Source: an uncultured Acidobacteriota bacterium (GTDB lineage Bacteria > Acidobacteriota > Thermoanaerobaculia > Gp7-AA8). From it: a DNA stretch of 64,000 nucleotides. The stretch spans positions 4,427,958 to 4,491,957 of the forward strand of contig CAVWUH010000002.1 of the NCBI GenBank assembly GCA_963758195.1, in the 5' to 3' direction. The notes under the pieces are model-generated. The model was not told the origin of the DNA. It saw only the letters and a program-made list of their open reading frames with translations, and did not search any database. Every line of letters starts with the position of its first letter. Position 1 is the first letter of the stretch. A program made the translations under genes and the position numbers. Below are positions 53,255 to 61,205 of this stretch, piece after piece.

Positions 53255-54451
53255 ATGCTCAGAAACGCTGCCTTCGCCGCCGTGATGCTCGTTGCTGTTG
53301 CGATGAGCGCGCAGCCTCGGTTCGTGACGACTGTTGCAGGAACGCCGGGCGTTGCCGGCGCGCAGGATGGACCGGCGAGCGTGGCGACGTTTCAGCGGCC
53401 GACGTGGATCGACGTCGTCAAGGAGAGCGACGTCTACGACGGCAGCGCCGTGGACGATCTCTACGTGATCGATCGCGCGAACCAGAAGATTCGAAAGGTC
53501 TCGATGGGGAACGTCACGACCGCCAGGATCCTCGATTTCTCGCGCGAGCCGGTGCCGTTCGACTTCGGTGGCCCGTTCGGCGGCGGCATTCTCATCGAGC
53601 CGCCGGCGGCGGGCTGCGGCTACGGAATTTATGACCGCGGCATTTTCGTCGTCGGGAGCGGCGCGGAGCAGATTTCACTCATTGCCATGCGTGGCGATGC
53701 TTACGCCAACCGCGACGACATTTCGCCGGTCATCGGCAGCGGCGTCACGGGATCGGCGGACGGGACTTCGACGCAAGCGCAGTTTCATACGCCGACCGGC
53801 ATCGCCCGCTCGTGGGTCTATCCCAACTTCGACAGCGTGCGCCAGCGGCATGTGTACATCGCCGACACCGGCAATCATACGATCCGCCGCGTGAGCTACT
53901 TCCTCTCGTTCGAAGCGTGCCCGCAGCATCGCGTGATCGACACCTTGGCCGGAACGCCCGGGGTGATGGGCTGGCGCGACGGGGAAAGCGCGCTCTTTTC
54001 GTCGCCGCGCGGGCTCGTCGGCGCGCCCGATGGCAGCGTCTACGTCGCGGACAGCGGCAATCATGTGATCCGCCGCGTGATTCCGAACGGCATCGTGACG
54101 ACGGTGGCCGGTGAGCCGGGCGTGCGCGGCAGCGACGACGGTCCGGCGCGGCAGGCCCATCTCGACACGCCTGCCGGCATCGACATCGACGCGGCAGGGA
54201 ATCTCTATATCGCCGACAGCGGCAACCACACGATCCGCATGTTGACGAAGGAGGGGATGCTCGTCACGATCGCCGGCACTCCCGGGATCGCCGGATTCCG
54301 CAACGGTGCCGCGGAGACGTCGCTGTTCAATGGTCCGGTCGGGATTCGTCTCGACGCCAATGGAACGATCTTCGTCGCCGACACTTCGAACAATGTGATC
54401 CGCCGAATCGACACCTCGCACGACGAGCGCCGCCGCGTCGTGAGGCACTGA
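53255..54451 (+). CDS. NHL-repeat beta-propeller protein
   Basis: AGGAGA RBS and a signal peptide. Repeated ..P.G(I/L)....G..Y(I/V)AD.GNH.IRR(V/I).. motifs. Confidence 0.8.
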   Translation: MLRNAAFAAVMLVAVAMSAQPRFVTTVAGTPGVAGAQDGPASVATFQRPTWIDVVKESDVYDGSAVDDLYVIDRANQKIRKVSMGNVTTARILDFSREPVPFDFGGPFGGGILIEPPAAGCGYGIYDRGIFVVGSGAEQISLIAMRGDAYANRDDISPVIGSGVTGSADGTSTQAQFHTPTGIARSWVYPNFDSVRQRHVYIADTGNHTIRRVSYFLSFEACPQHRVIDTLAGTPGVMGWRDGESALFSSPRGLVGAPDGSVYVADSGNHVIRRVIPNGIVTTVAGEPGVRGSDDGPARQAHLDTPAGIDIDAAGNLYIADSGNHTIRMLTKEGMLVTIAGTPGIAGFRNGAAETSLFNGPVGIRLDANGTIFVADTSNNVIRRIDTSHDERRRVVRH

Positions 54452-54454
54452 CGT

Positions 54455-54552
54455 CAGTAGGCAGTCGGCAGTACGCTTCGCTTGCAGTAGGCAGGAGCGG
54501 GAGCGCCGGTTGGTTTCGCTCCTGCCAACCGCCAACCGCCAACTGCCAACTG
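54455..54552. repeat. oligomer-armed hairpin (GGCAGT / CCAAC units)
   Basis: cagtaggcagtcggcagta...gcagtaggcaggagcg / cgctcctgccaaccgccaaccgccaactgccaactg. Confidence 0.75.
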
Positions 54553-54611
54553 ATTCAGCACACCGGTTACAATCCCTCGATCCGCTCCATCCACTCATCC
54601 GAGGTGAATCT

Positions 54612-55712
54612 GTGACCAGGATCCGCTCCACGTTTGTGCTCCTCGTGTTGCTCGCTGGCGTCGCCGCATTCGGGCAGCAGCAGGCGGCGAATCCCTACGA
54701 TCCCGCGACCGCGCCGCACGTGCTGAAGGCTGTCGGTAGCGTTCGGAATGTAAGCGCGGGGCTCGGCGATCGCATCAGCGTGTCGGTGCGCAATTTCTCG
54801 CAGTTGCTCGCTGAGGTCTCGGGCAATTGCCACGCGATCGTGCTCTACCTGGACGGTCTGCCATTGCGCGGGATGCCGCCCGAGTCGTGCAATCCGTACG
54901 ACGGCACGGTGCGCTACCTGCTCGATCGCGTTCCCGACGAGAACGACGAGCAGTGGCATCGTCTTCTCGGCAGTCCGAACGGGTTTCAACGGCCCGTGCG
55001 CGTGAGCGTCGGCGCGAACGATCAGTTCCCCGTGCCCACCGACGTCACCGCCTTCCCGCTCGAAGTCGTGCCGCGGATGATGTTCTATCTCTTCATCGTC
55101 CTGCTCGTTCTTTCGCTGGCGCTCTTCATTCACTTGTGTCGCACGACGTCGATCATTCGCTCGCCGGTCCAGCCGAACGAGGCGGGTCCGCGTCCTTACA
55201 GCCTGTCGCGGTTTCAGATGGGCTTCTGGTTTTTCCTCGTGATCGCCGGCTACGTGTTCGCCTGGATGGTGACGGGCGAGCTCGACACGATCACCGACTC
55301 GATCCTCGCGCTGATCGGCATCGGAGCCGGCACCGCACTCGGAGCCGCGCTCATCGACTCCGCACCGGCCGCCACCGCGACGTCGACGACGACGACGACC
55401 AACGGTGCCAGCGAGACCACGACGTCCGTCGCCGTTCCACTTCCGGCGCCGCGGCCGCACGCATCCGAGGGCTTCCTGCTCGACGTGCTCTCCGACAGCA
55501 GCGACGGCATCAGCATCCACCGCTTCCAGATGTTCGCCTGGACGCTGATTCTCGGCGTGATCTTCGTCGCCTCGGTCTACAAGGACCTGGCGATGCCCGA
55601 GTTCAACGCCACGCTCCTCGGCCTCATGGGAATCAGCTCCGGCACCTACCTCGGCTTCAAGTTCCCGGAGAAGAAGCGCAGCGATCAGGACGGAGTGGCG
55701 GCGCCGGGGTGA
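54612..55712 (+). CDS. hypothetical membrane protein
   Basis: GTG 54612 with GAGGTGA upstream. A signal peptide plus about four hydrophobic segments and a Thr-rich linker. Confidence 0.6.
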   Translation: MTRIRSTFVLLVLLAGVAAFGQQQAANPYDPATAPHVLKAVGSVRNVSAGLGDRISVSVRNFSQLLAEVSGNCHAIVLYLDGLPLRGMPPESCNPYDGTVRYLLDRVPDENDEQWHRLLGSPNGFQRPVRVSVGANDQFPVPTDVTAFPLEVVPRMMFYLFIVLLVLSLALFIHLCRTTSIIRSPVQPNEAGPRPYSLSRFQMGFWFFLVIAGYVFAWMVTGELDTITDSILALIGIGAGTALGAALIDSAPAATATSTTTTTNGASETTTSVAVPLPAPRPHASEGFLLDVLSDSSDGISIHRFQMFAWTLILGVIFVASVYKDLAMPEFNATLLGLMGISSGTYLGFKFPEKKRSDQDGVAAPG

Positions 55713-55762
55713 TTGGGTTCTGTATTACTCACCATTCGTTTCTTTGTGGATCGCGAAGACTC

Positions 55763-55900
55763 CAGTCCCCTCTCCCCGCCGCAGCCTCATCGCGGTGGGG
55801 AGAGGGTTAGGGTGAGGGGCGATTTCTCGCGCAAGGGACGACCCCTCACCCTAGCCCTCTCCCCGTTCGCGATGAGGCTGCGAACGGGGAGAGGGGACTG
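55763..55900. repeat. family D repeat, copy D2
   Basis: It has the same 58-nt start as D1 in the opposite orientation, and ends ..GGGGAGAGGGGACTG. Confidence 0.85.
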
Positions 55901-56052
55901 AAAACGACAATGCGCATTTTTGGTTGGGGCCTCGCCGCGCTACGCGGTGACTGCCGTCCTCGTTCCTGGCGCGCGCGGCCGGCCGAGGGCGGCCAGCGCT
56001 ACACAGAAGCGCACTTCGCTTCGCTCAGAATGAGGTGGGCAATCGCGTGACG

Positions 56053-56907
56053 TCAAGGCAACGGAACGTTGCTCAGCGTGAACGGTTGCCGCACGAGATT
56101 CTTCGGCGTCTTCATGCTGATGCGCAGGCCCCAGTCGGGTTGCGGTTTGTCGCCCCAGGAGGAGAGGAGGACGAAGCCTTCGTCGTCGCGCATGGAGACG
56201 CGGCGCTCTTCGCCGCCGGCGAGGTAGTTGATGTCCTGGATGCGCTTGTTGGGATCCTTGAGGCGCACGAGCACTTCGCCGTCTTCGACGTTGAGCAGGC
56301 TCTCGAGGTAGTACTTCACGACGTTGTCGAGATCCTCGCCTTCGTAGCCGCTCTCCTTCGCTTCCTTCCGCTTCGCTTCGCCGAGGCGCTTCTTCTCCGC
56401 TTCGATCTGCGCGGGACTGACGAGCGAGATCTCGACGCCGTTCGCCTTCAGCGCCTTGTGTGCAAGCGGTTTCCCGGAGAACGAAAGGAACTTCGGAATC
56501 TCGGCGATGCTGTTCGGATCCTTCGACGGCATGTAGAGCTCGATCTCGCCGCGCACTTCCTTGACCGACGTCGACTTGCGATCGGGATTCTTGAGCTTGA
56601 GCGAGACCGAGGCCGGTTCCGTGGCGTCCTGGCCCATCTTCGGCGTCTGCATAAGGTCCGGGACCTCGGCGTCGGCGGCGATGAGACTTTGTCCGGCGTT
56701 GTCGACGGCGGACGTGACGAGCACACGCGCCGCGACGACATCCGCCGCGCGAACCTTCGGCAGTTCCAGCGCGATGGAAAGCTCCGCGAAGAACTTGCCG
56801 TTGGTGCGGCGGTCGTTCACCTGTTTGATCGTGACTTCCGCCGGCTTCTGCGCGAAAAGCGGTGAGGCGAGTGCGGCGAGTGCGAGTGCGACGATGGTCT
56901 TGTTCAT
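56053..56907 (-). CDS. hypothetical secreted protein, paralogue 1 (ends ..SNVPLP)
   Basis: 284-aa ORF with signal peptide MNKTIVALALAALASPLFA. Confidence 0.65.
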   Translation of the reverse strand: MNKTIVALALAALASPLFAQKPAEVTIKQVNDRRTNGKFFAELSIALELPKVRAADVVAARVLVTSAVDNAGQSLIAADAEVPDLMQTPKMGQDATEPASVSLKLKNPDRKSTSVKEVRGEIELYMPSKDPNSIAEIPKFLSFSGKPLAHKALKANGVEISLVSPAQIEAEKKRLGEAKRKEAKESGYEGEDLDNVVKYYLESLLNVEDGEVLVRLKDPNKRIQDINYLAGGEERRVSMRDDEGFVLLSSWGDKPQPDWGLRISMKTPKNLVRQPFTLSNVPLP

Positions 56908-56917
56908 GGCGGTTGCC

Positions 56918-57808
56918 TCAGGGCAGCGGCACGTTCATCTCGAACGGAAACGAGAGACGCGATTTGTCGGTGAGGAGGAAGATCTGCAGCGCGGCGCTGG
57001 CGGGAGGGGGTGCGTTGGGCTGCATCATCATGACCGAGTCGTCTCCTCGGGTTGACGTGCTGCGGCTGCCGACGTCGACGGGCTTGCCGTCCGCGCCGAG
57101 GACTTCGACGCGGAAGATGCGTTCGAAGGCGCTCTTCTTGCCGGAGAGGATCACCGAGCCGTCGGGCGCGCTCTCGTCCATCCCTTCCATCGCCTTGGCG
57201 AAGCCGATCATCGCTTCGACTTCTTTCTCCGACACGCCGCGCTTCTTTCCCTCGGCGCGGATCTTCTCGATGTCGGCGTCGGTGATCTTGCGCGTCTTCA
57301 TGAGCGTCGAATAGCCGGCAGGGGAGAGGAGCGTCAGATCGACCTTCGCCGCCTTCAATCCTTTCGAGGCCAGCGGTGCGTCGGGTTTCGCCAGCGCCTT
57401 GTCGATCTTGACGATCGCGTTCGGATCGCGCGCCGGCACGTAGAGCTCGACGGTTCCTTTGATGCGCACCGTCGTGGCCGCGCGCGCCGGTTGTTTGAGC
57501 GAGAACTGCAGGCTTCCGCTGTTCTGATCGCGCGGCGTGAAGTCGTTGCTCATCGGCTCGTCGTAGAGCGAATTGCCGCGATCATCTTTCGCTTCCTTCA
57601 CGACGATGCGCGCCGCCGAGGCCTTGTCGAGTCCGTTCCCGGTCAGGTTGACGCGCAACCTGCAACCGCCGGTGAGCATCCCCTCCGAGTAACGATCGTC
57701 CGTGACTTCATCGAGCTCCACGCCGACGGCCGACTGGGCATGGGCGGCGAGAGACACACTGAGTGCGAGAAAGGCGCAACCAACAAATGCCCGCATGATG
57801 CTGAGCAT
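56918..57808 (-). CDS. hypothetical secreted protein, paralogue 2 (ends ..MNVPLP)
   Basis: 296-aa ORF with a signal peptide. Its layout matches the downstream neighbour (..ELY(M/V)P(S/A)(K/R)DPN(S/A)I..). Confidence 0.65.
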   Translation of the reverse strand: MLSIMRAFVGCAFLALSVSLAAHAQSAVGVELDEVTDDRYSEGMLTGGCRLRVNLTGNGLDKASAARIVVKEAKDDRGNSLYDEPMSNDFTPRDQNSGSLQFSLKQPARAATTVRIKGTVELYVPARDPNAIVKIDKALAKPDAPLASKGLKAAKVDLTLLSPAGYSTLMKTRKITDADIEKIRAEGKKRGVSEKEVEAMIGFAKAMEGMDESAPDGSVILSGKKSAFERIFRVEVLGADGKPVDVGSRSTSTRGDDSVMMMQPNAPPPASAALQIFLLTDKSRLSFPFEMNVPLP

Positions 57809-57855
57809 ACTCGGGTCGCGCGTGGCGAAACGCGGTGACTGGGATCACGGAACCC

Positions 57856-57969
57856 GAATTGAGGATTGAGGATTGAGAATTGAGAATCGGAGGACGGGCA
57901 TCTTCTTCGCGTCTTCGCGTCTTCGCGTGAGACCGTTTCTCACGCGAAGCCGCGAAGAACGCGAAGGAC
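57856..57969. repeat. composite repeat: GATTGAG-unit arm (57856-57890) plus a CTTCGCGT-unit hairpin (57902-57969)
   Basis: gaattgaggattgaggattgagaattgagaat; cttcttcgcgtcttcgcgtcttcgcgtgagaccgtttctcacgcgaagccgcgaagaacgcgaagg. Confidence 0.8.
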
Positions 57970-59392
57970 CTACGCAACGCGAACGTATTCGTAGTCGACG
58001 GGCAGGCTGTTGATGCCGCGCTCGGGCGCGGCGATCCAGCCGGCGACTTTGCCGGGCTCGAGGACCGGATGCATGACCGAGGCGACGAAGGCTCGGTCTT
58101 CGGGCATCGGGATCCACGACGAGATTCCGGCGGCGAAGGCTTCGGGGCTGATCGGCTGACCCGCGGGCGTCGTCGGGACGTTGGCCCAGGCGCCGACCGT
58201 GCGGCGGAAGCGCGCGCTCGGCAGACGAAGCTCGAAGGAGATCCCGCCCTTTTCGATGATCTTGTTCCAGCGCTTCACGCCGTTCTCGCAATCGCGGATG
58301 TAGGCGCTGCGCATCACTTCGTTCATGGCGTTGCGCATCGAGACCGTCTCGCTCTTCACGCCGCCCTTGCCGTCCGGCACGTCGAGCGCGTAGTCGCCAT
58401 CGGCGCGATGTTCATCGTAGAGCGATTCGTCGGGACGTCCTTTGAGACCGTTCGCGAAGTAACTGGCTGCGTTGGAGGAGATCTCGGATCCAAACAAATC
58501 CAGCGCCGAGCTGAACCAGAAGTTCATGTACTTCTGGATCGTGTTCAGATCGATCGCGCCTGCCGCGCGAATCTTCACCGGATCATCCGTGCGCAGCTCG
58601 TTCATCACTTCGACCGTGCGGCGGACGACGCGTCCGATGCCGTTGTCGCCGACGAACATGTGATGCGCTTCTTCGGTGAGCATGAACTGGCAGGTGCGCG
58701 CCAGCGGATCGAACCCGCTCTCGGCGAGCGCCTTGAGCTGGAACTTGCCGTCGCGATCGGTGAAGTAGGCGAACATGTAGAACGACAGCCAGTCGCTGAT
58801 CGGCTCGTTGAACGTCGAGAGGATGCGCGGCTTGTCGGCATCGCCGGAGTGGCGCTCCAGCAATCCTTCCGCTTCCTCGCGGCCGTCGCGTCCGAAGTAG
58901 GCGTGCAGCAGGTAGACCATCGCCCAGAGATGGCGCCCTTCTTCGACGTTCACCTGAAAGAGATTGCGCAGGTCGTACAGCGACGGCGCGGTCGATGCCG
59001 AGGGCGCGCTGCTGCTCGACGGACGCCGGCTCGGTGTCGCCCTGCGTGACGATGAGGCGGCGCAGCGTCGAGCGATGCTCGCCCGGCACGACGTGCCACG
59101 CCGGCGCGCCGATGTGATCGCCGAAGCCGATCGTGCGATCGTTCTTCGGATCGGCGAGGAAGATGCCCCAGCGATACTCCGGCATCTTCACCATGCCGAA
59201 CGTCGCCCATCCCTGCGCATCGACGGACGTCGCGGTGCGCAGATAGACGTCATTGTTCTTGAAAATCGCCGGCCCGAGGTCGCGCCACCAATCGAGAAAC
59301 TGCGGCTGCCAATGCTCGAGCGCGCGCTGCAGGGTCTTGTTCGTCGACAGGTCGACGTTGTTGGGAATGCGATTCTGGTAGTCGATGGTCAT
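57970..59392 (-). pseudogene. boxB: benzoyl-CoA 2,3-epoxidase (oxygenase) subunit B, frameshifted
   Basis: N-terminus MTIDYQNRIPNNVDLSTNKTLQRALEHWQPQF..VTQGDTEPASVEQQRALGI, then the other frame TAPSLYDLRNLFQVNVEEGRHLWAMVYLL..TEEAHHMFVG... One extra base lies near 58990-58996. Confidence 0.85.
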
Positions 59393-59407
59393 GGTGAGCT
59401 CCCGCTT

Positions 59408-59479
59408 GGTTGTCAGTTGTCGGTTGTCGGTTGTCTGCGAGACAGCGCATAACCTCACAGACAACTGACAACCGACAAC
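59408..59479. repeat. oligomer-armed hairpin (GTTGTC units)
   Basis: ggttgtcagttgtcggttgtcggttgtctg ... cagacaactgacaaccgacaac, between boxC and boxB. Confidence 0.8.
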
Positions 59480-59485
59480 GCCTCT

Positions 59486-61132
59486 CTAGATCCTTTCCCA
59501 ATTGAACTTCGGTTTCGTCCCGCTGCCGAACAGCTTCAGCGCGCCGTTCTCGCCGACCGCGTTCGGCCGGATGAAGATCCAGTTCTGCCAGGCCGAGAGG
59601 CGGCCGAAGATTTTCGTCGCCAGCGTCTCGGCGCCGCCGAAGCGGAGGCTCGCTTCCATTCCGGTGAGCGCGTCGGGGGAGAGGCTGGCGCGCTCTTCGA
59701 TCGCCAGGCGCAGCTCGTCCTCCCAATCCAGTTCATCGGGCGCGAACGTGATGAGCCCCGCTTCGAGCGCTTCGTTCGCGTTAAGGAGTTGCTCGAGTTG
59801 CTCGCGCGCGATCTCCGGCGCCGCGCCGAAGCGCGTCTGCAGCCGCGTCGCGTTGTTCGCCATCGCGTACGGTCCGTAACCTGCACTGAGCGTAGCCGAA
59901 GTGTTCATCGCGCTCAGCGCGAGACGCGGCCCGTTGTCCGCCGCCAGCATGTACGCGCGATCGGCGGCCAGCGCGAGCTCGAGGAGCGTGCCGGCGAAGG
60001 CCGAGCCTTCGTCGATCATCGCGTAGATGCTGCGCGACGAAACTTCGAGGCGCGAGAACGTGCGGCGGATGAAATTGATCGTCTCGCGCACGAACCAGTG
60101 CTTCGCGTGCTCGTCGAGCGCGCGATCGATGCGCAGGACGTTGTCGATTACGCCGCGTGTCTTCACGATCCAGATCCCGCCCTCGCGCACGTTCGTGCGC
60201 AGATGCAGGATCGCGTCGTCGAGCTCGCGCGCCATCGCCAGCGGCCACCAGCTCGCACCCGCGGCCACGATCGCGTCGATCGTGGTTGCCTCGTCGGCGG
60301 ACGGCGCGTTCACCGTGATCGTCACGATGCGCGTCTCGCTGTCGATGGCGACGTCGACGTGGTCGTAGTGCAGTCCCTTCTCATCGACCGTGCGATGAAC
60401 CGGCGTCAGCGCGATGCCCTTCGCATTCGCGGGACGATCGGTCTGGGCCGCGAGTGCCTGCGCGCGCTCGTTCACCTTTTCCGCGAAGAGCCGCGGCGGC
60501 ACGACGTCATCGACGAGTCCCATCGCTTTCGCTTTCGCGCCACCGAATCCCTCGGCGGTCGTGCAGAAGACGTCCGCGAGATCGCGCCGCACGTGGCGCT
60601 TGTCGACGAGCCGCGTGAGTCCGCCCGTTCCGGGCAGCACCGCCAGCAGCGGCACCTCGGGGAAGCTGACCGTGCTCGAGCGATCGTCGACGAGCACGAT
60701 CTCGTCGCAAGCGAGCGCCATCTCGTACCCGCCCCCCGCCGCCGTGCCGTTCACCGCCGCGAGGAACTTGAGTCCCGAGTGCGCGCTCGAATCCTCGATG
60801 CCGTTCCGCGTCTCGTTCGTGAACTTGCAGAAGTTCACCTTCGTCGCGTGACTGGCCTTGCCGAGCATGTAAATGTTCGCGCCGGCGCAGAACATCCGCT
60901 CCTTCGCGCTGGCGAGAACCACCGCGCCGACTTCCGGATGCTCGAAGCGAATCCGATCGAGCGCATCGCGCAACTCGATGTCGACGCCGAGGTCGTAGGA
61001 ATTGAGCTTCAACTTGTAGCCGGGATCGATCCCGGCATCCTCGGCGACGTCGAGACTCAACGTGGCGACGGGTCCGTCGAAGGTGAGACGCCAGTGCTGG
61101 TACGTCTCGGGCTCACGGTCGAACGTGATCAT
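59486..61132 (-). CDS. boxC: 2,3-epoxybenzoyl-CoA dihydrolase (benzoyl-CoA-dihydrodiol lyase)
   Basis: ATG 61132. MITFDREPETYQHWRLTFDGPVATLSLDV.., a crotonase-like N-terminal half, about 548 aa, adjacent to boxB. Confidence 0.85.
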   Translation of the reverse strand: MITFDREPETYQHWRLTFDGPVATLSLDVAEDAGIDPGYKLKLNSYDLGVDIELRDALDRIRFEHPEVGAVVLASAKERMFCAGANIYMLGKASHATKVNFCKFTNETRNGIEDSSAHSGLKFLAAVNGTAAGGGYEMALACDEIVLVDDRSSTVSFPEVPLLAVLPGTGGLTRLVDKRHVRRDLADVFCTTAEGFGGAKAKAMGLVDDVVPPRLFAEKVNERAQALAAQTDRPANAKGIALTPVHRTVDEKGLHYDHVDVAIDSETRIVTITVNAPSADEATTIDAIVAAGASWWPLAMARELDDAILHLRTNVREGGIWIVKTRGVIDNVLRIDRALDEHAKHWFVRETINFIRRTFSRLEVSSRSIYAMIDEGSAFAGTLLELALAADRAYMLAADNGPRLALSAMNTSATLSAGYGPYAMANNATRLQTRFGAAPEIAREQLEQLLNANEALEAGLITFAPDELDWEDELRLAIEERASLSPDALTGMEASLRFGGAETLATKIFGRLSAWQNWIFIRPNAVGENGALKLFGSGTKPKFNWERI

Positions 61133-61205
61133 GTGAGGCTCTCCTGAGGGTCGGCAATATAGTTCCGAATGCGTGCAACACTCTGAATTATTTCTCGGAG
61201 CGAAG

